From positions 740 through 35,711 of the forward strand of contig JBEQAF010000012.1 of assembly GCA_041640455.1 (NCBI GenBank): DNA of 34,972 bases. The letters run 5' to 3'. Below are positions 27,150 through 34,972 of this stretch, in pieces. The notes under the pieces are model-generated. The model had not been told where the DNA came from. It saw only the letters and a program-made list of their open reading frames with translations, and did no database searches. The translations under genes and the position numbers were made by a program. The stretch comes from a bacterium. GTDB taxonomy: Bacteria > CALINM01. Position 1 is the first letter of the stretch. Every line of letters starts with the position of its first letter.

Positions 27150-27363
27150 GTTCGGGCATCTTGAGATAAAACTCCTTAGGAACCTTTATCTTTAGGAGTG
27201 AATGTTTATAAAGAAGAGCATTGCCCTGCTCGGTCTGGAAGAATATGCAGAAGTTATCAAATCCTCTTATTATACCCTGATAACTGTTCCCTTTAATATC
27301 TTCAATAATAACAGTCACTTTCTCTTTACGTAACTGATTTAACAACACATCCTGAATATTCAT
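27055..27363 (-). CDS. hfq: RNA chaperone Hfq (divergent)
   Basis: IQD.LLNQLRKEK, QG.I.GFDNF, LYKH; miaA-hfq-hflX order; strong SD. Confidence 0.85.
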   Translation of the reverse strand: MNIQDVLLNQLRKEKVTVIIEDIKGNSYQGIIRGFDNFCIFFQTEQGNALLYKHSLLKIKVPKEFYLKMPERESSRKEWNKTDQVNEAKESKTIEREVIKKS

Positions 27364-27409
27364 ATTCCCTCCCCCAAAAAATATAAAAAATAATAAATAT
27401 TAGTTTAAT

Positions 27410-28333
27410 CTATTTCAAGAATTTTTTTGCATCAAAAATTATTTTATCCCAATTTTTTTCTGACAGATTATAAAAAAAGGTATTCTTTTCCTTTTTGAAC
27501 CATATAATCTGTCTCTTGGCATATTTTCTTGTCTCCTTTATGGTTTTATCAATAGCATCTTTTAGATCTATCTTGCTTTCCAGCACTTCCAGCGCATCCT
27601 TGTATCCTATGCTTTTTAGAGGCTTAATATTCCTTGAGTATCCCATGGAAAGAATATGCCTAACTTCTTCAACAATTCCTCTGTTAAATATGTCATTTGT
27701 TCTGCTCACAATTCTTTCGAGAAGTACAGGCTTATCCCACACAGGTACAAAAATTCTGTAATCACAGAAACTATGACTGAAATTATACTTCTCCTGCATG
27801 GCGCTAAGCGGGATGCCGTATGCCCTGTAGAACTCAAGAGCTCTTGTTATTCTGATAAAATCATTTGGATGTATTTTTTCTGCGCTTCTGGGGTCTACAT
27901 TTTTTAACTGCTCGTAAAGAAAATCAAGCCCTTTTTCCCTAAGCTCATTTTCAATTATTTTCCGCTCTTTTTTAATCAATGATTCATCCTGACTGAAAAG
28001 GTCAAACAAAAAGCAGCGTATATACAGCCCCGTTCCACCAACCACTATGGGGGTTCTACCTCTGTTAGATATTTCCCTAACCTTTTCTCTGGCAAGCTCT
28101 TTAAACCTGTAAGCATTGAAATCTTCATCAGGATTTATAATATCAATAAGATGATGGGGGACATCTTTTCTTTCTTCTGCGGAAGGCTTGGCTGAGCCGA
28201 TATCAAAATACCTGTAAACCTGAACAGAATCGGCATTTATAATCTCTCCATTAATCTCCCGCGCAAGATTCAGGGCAATCTGGCTTTTGCCGCTGGCAGT
28301 GGGACCAGCAATAATAATTATCTTCTGGCTCAT
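27410..28333 (-). CDS. miaA: tRNA dimethylallyltransferase
   Basis: GPTASGKS, NADSVQVY, DIGSAKP, VGGTGLY, YAKRQ.WF. Confidence 0.97.
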   Translation of the reverse strand: MSQKIIIIAGPTASGKSQIALNLAREINGEIINADSVQVYRYFDIGSAKPSAEERKDVPHHLIDIINPDEDFNAYRFKELAREKVREISNRGRTPIVVGGTGLYIRCFLFDLFSQDESLIKKERKIIENELREKGLDFLYEQLKNVDPRSAEKIHPNDFIRITRALEFYRAYGIPLSAMQEKYNFSHSFCDYRIFVPVWDKPVLLERIVSRTNDIFNRGIVEEVRHILSMGYSRNIKPLKSIGYKDALEVLESKIDLKDAIDKTIKETRKYAKRQIIWFKKEKNTFFYNLSEKNWDKIIFDAKKFLK

Positions 28334-29991
28334 AGCTTTCTGCTGAAAAGCTTTTCAAGGTCATTAACAGTTATTTTCAAGATAAAGTTTCTTCCATGAG
28401 GACAGAATGCCTCAGTTTTATTTTCCCTATAGTCATTAATAAGCTTTTCTATCTCCTCTCTACTCAGTATATCGCCTTTTTTAACAGCCTCTTTGCAGGC
28501 AATCTTTGCAGCTATTTTACGAAGAATATCTTTGCCTATAAATAGCGGTTGGTCTCTAATTAGCTCAGAAAATGCTGCTACTGCAGAATCTATATCGGCA
28601 GCTTCCGGGATGTCAGTAAGGGCAAAGGTTTTTGGACCCACCTCTTCATAAAGAAAGCCCAGCTTTTCAAAACTTTCCCTCTGTTCGAGAAGTTTATCCT
28701 TCAGACTCTCACTGACATTAAAAATATAGGGCATAATCATTTTTTTCGTCCCGCCACTATTAAAGCTTTTAAGTAATCTGTTGTATATTAGCCGCTCGTG
28801 CACAGCATGCTGATCAATAATATATAGATCATCCTTCCATTCTATTAGCAGATAGCATCTGGAAAAAACACCAATTACCCTGAAACTTTCTTTGAAGTGT
28901 TCACTAAACTCTGAAAAAAGCGTTACCTGTTCAGATTCTTCAGCAGCTGATGAATTTATATAGTCCTTTCTCTCTTCACCAATCCTGCTAACCTTAATCT
29001 CATCTATTTTAATATAGCTCTTCTCCTTCAAGGTCTCTTCAATAGTAGCTCTCACAAGCTTATAGACCTTTTCAGAGTTTTTAAACTTAATCTCTCTTTT
29101 GGAAGGATGCACATTTACATCTATATCAAAGGCTGGCACCATGAGATCAATAAATATAAATGAAGGTTTCTGACTCTGACTGGCAAAGCTATCAGCAACA
29201 GCTTTCATAATCACCTTTTCTCGTACCAGTCTTTTGTTGACCGCATATACATAAAAATCAGCCATATCTTGTCGGCTTTTTGAAATATGAACCTTAAGTC
29301 CATAAAAATCTTCCTGCTTACTGCCTGATATTATGTTATCAGCAAAGCGGGGGAAGATATTTTTTGTCCTGAGATTAAGGCTGTCCACACTGTTTAAAAT
29401 CAGAATATCTTTACCATCAGCATTTAAAAGAAAGCTTATCTCAGGATATATCAAAGATATCTCTTCAATAAATTTTGTAATCAATGCCCTTTCCCAGCTG
29501 GATGACTTGAGAAATTTTTTTCTCGCAGGAATATTATAAAAAAGGTCTTCAACCTCTATCAAAGTCCCCTTTCGGTATCCGATCTCTATTATAGATTTGG
29601 CAGTTCCATTTTCAGCCATTATCTGCCAGCATCTGACATCGTTCTCCCTTCCTGAGGTAATCCTGAGCTTTGATACGCTGGAAATGCTGTATAGAGCCTC
29701 ACCTCTAAACCCAAGTGTGGAAATGCGGTAAAGATCTTCCTTGCTTGATATTTTACTGGTGGCATATTTTTTTATGCAGTTTTCCAGATCCTCTTTATCC
29801 ATGCCTGAGCCATCATCTCTTACCGAGATGTAGCTCTTCCCGCCATCCTTTATAAACACCTCAATTCTTTTTGAACCAGCATCTATGGCATTTTCAACCA
29901 GCTCCTTAACTACTGACAGAGGTCTTTCTATCACCTCTCCAGCTGAGATAAGGTTAGATACCTCTTCTGGTAACTGCCTGATTATTCCCAA
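28330..29991 (-). CDS. mutL: DNA mismatch repair endonuclease MutL
   Basis: ISAGEVIERP, KELVENAIDAG, TLGFRGEAL, DVNVHPSK, DQHAVHER, ACK, CPHGR; TTG start. Confidence 0.96.
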   Translation of the reverse strand: MGIIRQLPEEVSNLISAGEVIERPLSVVKELVENAIDAGSKRIEVFIKDGGKSYISVRDDGSGMDKEDLENCIKKYATSKISSKEDLYRISTLGFRGEALYSISSVSKLRITSGRENDVRCWQIMAENGTAKSIIEIGYRKGTLIEVEDLFYNIPARKKFLKSSSWERALITKFIEEISLIYPEISFLLNADGKDILILNSVDSLNLRTKNIFPRFADNIISGSKQEDFYGLKVHISKSRQDMADFYVYAVNKRLVREKVIMKAVADSFASQSQKPSFIFIDLMVPAFDIDVNVHPSKREIKFKNSEKVYKLVRATIEETLKEKSYIKIDEIKVSRIGEERKDYINSSAAEESEQVTLFSEFSEHFKESFRVIGVFSRCYLLIEWKDDLYIIDQHAVHERLIYNRLLKSFNSGGTKKMIMPYIFNVSESLKDKLLEQRESFEKLGFLYEEVGPKTFALTDIPEAADIDSAVAAFSELIRDQPLFIGKDILRKIAAKIACKEAVKKGDILSREEIEKLINDYRENKTEAFCPHGRNFILKITVNDLEKLFSRKL

Positions 29992-31637
29992 TGAGCTATC
30001 GCCTCCATGCTTTTTCTATAAAAATATAAACAGAGCAGGACACTCGCAACTAAAAAAACCGAGAAGATTAAAAAATAGCTGCCAAAGCTTATAGCCTGCG
30101 CAAATATTTTGCTTTTAAGATAAATGTAAACAGGTCTTGCCTGAATTATCAGACTGATTCCCACATAGATCATACTGATCAGCATATATACAATTCCTCC
30201 GTAGCTGAAGGAGACTTCCGTCACATTACTGTAATTAAATTTTGGATAGATCATGCCTGTGGCAAGCCCCAAAAATACCAGTACTAAAGTTATGGTTATC
30301 ACATTTAAAAGAGTAAAGATATAGATAAACCTATCCACCTTTAACAAATAATTAGAAACTACAGAAAGAGATATACCAAAAAAAAGCAGTGGCAGACAGT
30401 ACAAAAGAAACTTGCTGACAAATATCTCCCCGATTCTTACAGGAAATGATTTTAATATCCAGACAGACCGCCCTTCAATGGAGAAGGCGGGAAAAACAAA
30501 TCTGTTTATCAGAGCTGCCATAATAAATGCAAGTATACCTGTATTAAAAAAGGCAACCATATTTACTGTAATTACCTTTTCAATAGGAAGGCTTTTTATG
30601 CTGAAAAGGTATACAAAAACAAGCCCAATTAGCAGTAAAAGCTGGCTCCATTGACCCGGGTCTCTTATTAGATCCTTAATATCTTTTAAATAGAAGCTTC
30701 TTAAACTTTTTGATATGGGCAGGGTATTAACTATTCTGTCGAGCAGTAACGATCGATTAGATTTTTTCCTGAAACTGGCTCTTGAGCGGGTAAAGCTGTC
30801 AGGATATATGCGGTCTGAAACAAAAAAAAATATGCCATAGGATAGGACAAAGAAACCGATCAATAGTATTAGCTGGTTAATAAAACCAGTATATGAGCCA
30901 TCAAAGGAGAGGGCTATTATTCCTTTGGATATCCATGTGGAAGGAAGATAGGGATAATCTGGAGTTTCAATGCTCTTTATGAAGGTTAGAAATTCAGCCT
31001 CCTCAGTCTTTCTAAACAGTCTTTCAGGTCTGATTAACCTGATAATTACAAATATGAGCCCTATAAATATGGCAGAGATACTCCACAGGATCTGATAAGC
31101 CCTCTTTGCAGGAAAATATCTGACAATTAGCATGGTAATTATGGAGCCCAGAGCAGAAAGCCCTAAAAAAAAGGGCAGATATAAAAACATTATTAGAAAT
31201 AAAATATAAAGGTTGAATCCGAATGAGTATATATATGCCAGATAAAAGGGGAACATTGCCATAAGCACCATCCAGGAACTGGCAATGGTATTCTCAAAAA
31301 ACCGCTGGATTAATAGCCTGCTTTTTTTAATGGGATAGGATATGAGAAGCTCCAGATCATCTGACAGAAAAAAATAATATATAGCGTTTGTAAGATTGCT
31401 GAAAAAAAGCATGGAAAGAAATGTAAGGTTTAGAATATTTATCAGCTGAACTGAAAGCTGCTTGCTTAATATCTCTACCTCCTCTCTTAGGTAGGTAAAT
31501 ATTTTGTAAAAAAATCTGTACTCGCCCATCAGAAAAAGCAAAGCAAGTATAATTATCAAATAAGCCCTTAATCTTTTCTCCCTGCCATACTTTCTCCATG
31601 TGTTAATGAGCATGGCTTTTTTAAGGTTAAAAAACAT
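29982..31637 (-). CDS. Polytopic membrane protein, putative ABC-2 type exporter permease
   Basis: About 12 TM segments, two similar halves (DLELLISYPI / SVWILKSFPV), LPSTW, FSIEG. Confidence 0.7.
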   Translation of the reverse strand: MFFNLKKAMLINTWRKYGREKRLRAYLIIILALLFLMGEYRFFYKIFTYLREEVEILSKQLSVQLINILNLTFLSMLFFSNLTNAIYYFFLSDDLELLISYPIKKSRLLIQRFFENTIASSWMVLMAMFPFYLAYIYSFGFNLYILFLIMFLYLPFFLGLSALGSIITMLIVRYFPAKRAYQILWSISAIFIGLIFVIIRLIRPERLFRKTEEAEFLTFIKSIETPDYPYLPSTWISKGIIALSFDGSYTGFINQLILLIGFFVLSYGIFFFVSDRIYPDSFTRSRASFRKKSNRSLLLDRIVNTLPISKSLRSFYLKDIKDLIRDPGQWSQLLLLIGLVFVYLFSIKSLPIEKVITVNMVAFFNTGILAFIMAALINRFVFPAFSIEGRSVWILKSFPVRIGEIFVSKFLLYCLPLLFFGISLSVVSNYLLKVDRFIYIFTLLNVITITLVLVFLGLATGMIYPKFNYSNVTEVSFSYGGIVYMLISMIYVGISLIIQARPVYIYLKSKIFAQAISFGSYFLIFSVFLVASVLLCLYFYRKSMEAIAHWE

Positions 31638-31646
31638 AAGTATCTC

Positions 31647-31675
31647 TTGACCTTCTTTAAAAGATTGAATATAAT
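31647..31675 (+). promoter_or_regulatory. Sigma70 promoter for the ArsR operon
   Basis: TTGACC-N17-TATAAT, near consensus. Confidence 0.7.
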
Positions 31676-31765
31676 AATATTTGAATACTTATAAAAAGTT
31701 TATAAAATACTATAGTTTTAGTTTAAATTATTTTATCCCTCAGTTCAAATATAAAGGAGGTTGCT

Positions 31766-32065
31766 TTGAAGGATATAAAAAAGTTTGAAAACTATGCAGA
31801 TCTTTTAAAAGTGATAGGACATCCCCTAAGACTCACCATTCTTGCGGGACTACTGGAAAGAAAAAGCTGTGTTAAGGATATTTGGGACTGCCTTGGGCTG
31901 CCTCAGGCAACAGTTTCCCAGCATCTGTCCATTTTAAAAAATAAAAATATTATCCGTTCGAAAAAGGTTGGCGTAAAACGAGAGTACTCTATAGAAAACG
32001 AGCTTATTAAAAATATTCTTAAGCTTCTGGTAAAGGAAGGAGAAAATGGAAATAAAAATGGATAA
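31766..32065 (+). CDS. ArsR/SmtB family transcriptional regulator
   Basis: LKVIGHPLRLTIL, LPQATVSQHLSILK; AAGGAGG SD before a TTG start. Confidence 0.92.
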   Translation: MKDIKKFENYADLLKVIGHPLRLTILAGLLERKSCVKDIWDCLGLPQATVSQHLSILKNKNIIRSKKVGVKREYSIENELIKNILKLLVKEGENGNKNG

Positions 32066-32462
32066 AATAAATGAGTTATTAAAATCAGCCAGGACAGTTG
32101 CTATAGTTGGTATTTCAAAGGATCCCGAAAAACCGTCATACAGGGTAGCTGAGTATTTAAAAAATAACGGTTTCAGGATTATACCAGTAAATCCTAACTA
32201 CGAGGAGGTACTGGGGGAGAAGTGTTATAAAAATCTTAGCGAAATCCCTGAATGTATAGATATTGTTGATGTTTTTAGAAAAAGCACAGATATTTTACCA
32301 ATAGCCGAAGAGGCAGTTAAGGTTAAACCCCGAATCTTCTGGATGCAGCTGGGGATTGAGAATAAAGAAGCAAGAGAGCTACTGGAAAAAGAAGGGATTT
32401 TTGTGGTTGAAAATACATGCCTTAAAATTTTTCATAGCAATAACAGGGGGTCGCTAAAATGA
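32046..32462 (+). CDS. CoA-binding protein (YccU-like)
   Basis: VAIVGIS, IIPVNP, IDIVDVFR, WMQLGI. Confidence 0.92.
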   Translation: MEIKMDKINELLKSARTVAIVGISKDPEKPSYRVAEYLKNNGFRIIPVNPNYEEVLGEKCYKNLSEIPECIDIVDVFRKSTDILPIAEEAVKVKPRIFWMQLGIENKEARELLEKEGIFVVENTCLKIFHSNNRGSLK

Positions 32463-33049
32463 AAAGAACCTTTGATCTTAGAGATTTGGAATGCCCCAAG
32501 CCTGTCATTGAAACAAAAAAGATTGTTGAAAAATATAAGGGAGATGAGGTTGAGATTATATTAAATTCCAAAATATCAAAAGAGAATGTAATTAGATTTC
32601 TCAACAATTCCGGGATTAACTTTCTGGAAAAACAAGAAAATGAAAATTACATAATTTATTTTGTCAACTCAGGAGCTGAAAATGCTGCTCCTATTGATGA
32701 TATAACCTGCAAAGCTAATAAGGGCAAAAATATTATCATATCCTCTCATCATCTGGGCAGAGGGGACGATCAGCTCGGAGCTATTTTAATGAAATCCTTT
32801 ATTTATACTCTTTCACAGAGCCCTGTTAAGCCCAGAAACATATTTTTTGTGAATTCAGGTGTTTTCCTTACCACAGAGGGCTCACCAGTTATTGAAGAGC
32901 TTAATGTCATTAAAAGTTCTGGCTGTGATATTTACTCCTGTGGAACCTGTCTGGATTATTACAAACTAAAGGATAAGCTTAAAATAGGTAGTATCGGCAA
33001 TATGGCTCTTCTTCTCGAATTTCTTAATGAGGAAGCTTTATTTATATGA
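32459..33049 (+). CDS. yedF: Sulfurtransferase-like selenium metabolism protein YedF (TusA-like + DsrE-like)
   Basis: DLRDLECPKPVI, LGRGDDQLGAILM, NSGVFL, SCGTCLDYY. Confidence 0.88.
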   Translation: MKRTFDLRDLECPKPVIETKKIVEKYKGDEVEIILNSKISKENVIRFLNNSGINFLEKQENENYIIYFVNSGAENAAPIDDITCKANKGKNIIISSHHLGRGDDQLGAILMKSFIYTLSQSPVKPRNIFFVNSGVFLTTEGSPVIEELNVIKSSGCDIYSCGTCLDYYKLKDKLKIGSIGNMALLLEFLNEEALFI

Positions 33050-33222
33050 AAGATGATAAAAAAGATGACGAGTTTTACCAGTGTCAAAAAACTGGAAAAT
33101 TTGTTTCAAAAAAGAACCCGGTTTGTCTAAGCCCAAATATTTACTGCAAATATAGACATATGTGTGTAATCTACGAGCTTTATAAAGAGCGTAAAAAACA
33201 AAAAAAGATTAATTATATTTAA
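33046..33222 (+). CDS. Small Cys-rich hypothetical protein, 58 aa (absent from the ORF track)
   Basis: ATGA overlap with the yedF stop, GAGG upstream; MKDDKKDDEFYQCQKTGKFVSKKNPVCLSPNIYCKYRHMCVIYELYKERKKQKKINYI. Confidence 0.7.
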   Translation: MKDDKKDDEFYQCQKTGKFVSKKNPVCLSPNIYCKYRHMCVIYELYKERKKQKKINYI

Positions 33223-33230
33223 TATTTTTC

Positions 33231-33259
33231 TTGTTTTTTTCCCAATTAGATTGTATACT
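33231..33259 (+). promoter_or_regulatory. Putative sigma70 promoter for the sigma54 activator
   Basis: TTGTTT-N17-TATACT. Confidence 0.45.
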
Positions 33260-33282
33260 TTCAATAGTTCAGAGAGAAAAGT

Positions 33283-34941
33283 ATGGAAGCCAGCTTTTTA
33301 ATAAATTCTGAGCATAAGATTAAAGAAGCTTCTGGAGATCTGGAACAGCTTTTTGGGCTGACACCTGAATCTATTATAAACAGATACTGCTACGATGTTA
33401 TCACTTCAGAGCTTTGCTTCAGGAACTGCCCTTTTAATTATGTGGTAGAAAACCGAAAACCCTTCAAAAAAGATAACGTTAAATTTTATGATGATAATGG
33501 CAACTACAGGGAGTTTAGCTATCTGGTTACTCCGATGGATGATAATGGTGGTATATCAGTAAAGATTTTTAAAAACGGTATTAAAAATTCGGATTTAAAA
33601 ACCACTGAGGAAAAAAATGGCTTCGAAAAAATAATCCTGCCCTATATTCTTGATAACTCCAACGACGGTATTATTATTGTTGATAAAAATTTCAGAATTA
33701 TTGAGTTTAATAAAGTTGCTCAGGAGCTAACGGGGTTTACAAAAGGAGAGCTTTATGGACAGCCCTGTCCTGATATCTGCACCCTTTCAAAAAATTTCTC
33801 ATGCCCCTTTGATTTTTGCTTAAAAACCAATACGAGCGAAGCAGAAACCCATACGGTTATTAATAGAAAAAATGGTGAACCGGTAATGGTGAACCTTAAA
33901 CTTAAGCTTATCTATGACGAGCAGAAAAATCCTCTTTACGGAATAGCTATTTTAAAAGAGGTTGTAGAGTTTGTTGACACAAATGAAGATAGTAGCTTTT
34001 ACGGTATAATAGGGAAATCTAATGAGATGAGGCTTATCTATAAAACCATAAAAGTTGCCGCGTTAACCCATTCTCCTGTACTTATAACAGGCGAAAGCGG
34101 TGTTGGAAAGGAGCTTGTTGCATCAGCCATACACAATATCAGAACGAGAAATAAAACTCCTTTTATTAAGATTAACTGTGCTGCTCTACCTGAAACCTTA
34201 CTGGAGAGTGAGCTTTTCGGATATGAAAAGGGTGCATTTACAGGAGCTACAACAAGTAAGGCAGGAAAGTTTGAGCTCGCAGGAGATGGAACCATCCTTC
34301 TTGATGAGATATCGGAAACCACAAAAACCTTCCAGGCAAAACTGTTAAGGGTGATTCAGGAAAGAGAGTTTGAAAGGTTGGGCGGTAACAAGCCTATACA
34401 GCTTAAGGCACGGATTATTGCCACCACAAACAAAAACCTTAAGGAAGAGATCGAAAAGGATAATTTCAGGGCAGATCTTTTTTATCGTTTAAGCGGCATA
34501 GTGATTAATATGCCACCTCTGAGAGAGAGAAAAGACGATATCCCTTTACTTGCCGTCCACTTTCTTAAAGAGCTTATTAAAACCTATAATGACAAACTCC
34601 ACAAAAAGGTAATAGGTTTTTCAGATGAGGCTTTTACTGTTTTAAAAAACTACTACTGGCATGGCAATGTAAGGGAGCTTAAAAACACAATAGAAAGCAT
34701 ATATTTCTCAATTCCAGAGGATAAAATTAACATTAAACTTGAAGACCTGCCAGAGTTTATAAAAAGCTTTCACAATGATTTTAAAAGAAATAACTCGCCA
34801 GAGAGAGAGCGTATTCTGAATGCTTTAAAAGAAACCAGTTTTGACAAGACCAAGGCAGCTGAAAAGCTCGGGATGAGCAGAGTTACGCTCTGGCGTAAAA
34901 TGGTGCTCTATAATATAAACATCAAAGAGCTTATTAAATAA
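33283..34941 (+). CDS. PAS-PAS sigma54-dependent Fis-family transcriptional activator
   Basis: GESGVGKE, ESELFGYEKGAFTGA, LLDEI, DLFYRL, WHGNVREL, C-terminal HTH; two N-terminal PAS-like domains. Confidence 0.95.
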   Translation: MEASFLINSEHKIKEASGDLEQLFGLTPESIINRYCYDVITSELCFRNCPFNYVVENRKPFKKDNVKFYDDNGNYREFSYLVTPMDDNGGISVKIFKNGIKNSDLKTTEEKNGFEKIILPYILDNSNDGIIIVDKNFRIIEFNKVAQELTGFTKGELYGQPCPDICTLSKNFSCPFDFCLKTNTSEAETHTVINRKNGEPVMVNLKLKLIYDEQKNPLYGIAILKEVVEFVDTNEDSSFYGIIGKSNEMRLIYKTIKVAALTHSPVLITGESGVGKELVASAIHNIRTRNKTPFIKINCAALPETLLESELFGYEKGAFTGATTSKAGKFELAGDGTILLDEISETTKTFQAKLLRVIQEREFERLGGNKPIQLKARIIATTNKNLKEEIEKDNFRADLFYRLSGIVINMPPLRERKDDIPLLAVHFLKELIKTYNDKLHKKVIGFSDEAFTVLKNYYWHGNVRELKNTIESIYFSIPEDKINIKLEDLPEFIKSFHNDFKRNNSPERERILNALKETSFDKTKAAEKLGMSRVTLWRKMVLYNINIKELIK

Positions 34942-34972
34942 CTCCCAGCCTTCTGTAATGACTCAGCAGTTC
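34934..34972 (-). CDS. Possible 3' end of a convergent gene entering from the right
   Basis: Open frame ELLSHYRRLGVI*; too short to identify. Confidence 0.3.
   Translation of the reverse strand, partial: ELLSHYRRLGVI

Noticed and set aside
33047..33049. yedF TGA as a selenocysteine codon
   Set aside because: It falls at the normal C-terminus, overlaps the next ATG and has no SECIS-like hairpin.
525..34348. Many short antisense or alternate-frame ORFs in the track (e.g. 9143-9463, 24554-24946, 26269-26688)
   Set aside because: They are shadows of well-supported genes with no independent signals.

Overview
AT-rich bacterial chromosomal window, mostly housekeeping genes. Gene content and order (hfq-hflX-miaA-mutL, roadblock-aroQ-pepP-efp-gcvH-TPR, DUF4388-pilT, FadL) suggest a diderm, deltaproteobacteria-like (Desulfobacterota-like) lineage; this is inferred from synteny, not from a marker gene. 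Left to right: the 5' end of a DUF485 gene, an orphan PotD-like binding protein, a DUF4212/ActP-like solute symporter with a CBS-DUF294 nucleotidyltransferase, ttuA, cbiG-cbiH-coaE, fadL, a ~15 kb near-gapless minus-strand run (roadblock to pilT), a ~240 bp internally deleted IS1202-like element, a minus-strand permease-mutL-miaA-hfq-hflX-comEA-like run, an ArsR/CoA-binding/YedF/small Cys-rich operon and a PAS sigma54 activator. I saw no rRNA, tRNA, CRISPR array or prophage, and no unambiguous new multi-gene system. The strongest leads are the IS1202-like miniature element with an HPW remnant, a GcvH-like protein with Asp at the lipoyl position between MglC-like and SgmX-like genes, an Hfq with an altered distal face, a probable CC-only tRNA nucleotidyltransferase, an Arg-tipped EF-P and an unannotated 58-aa four-Cys ORF. 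All family assignments come from motif recognition by eye.
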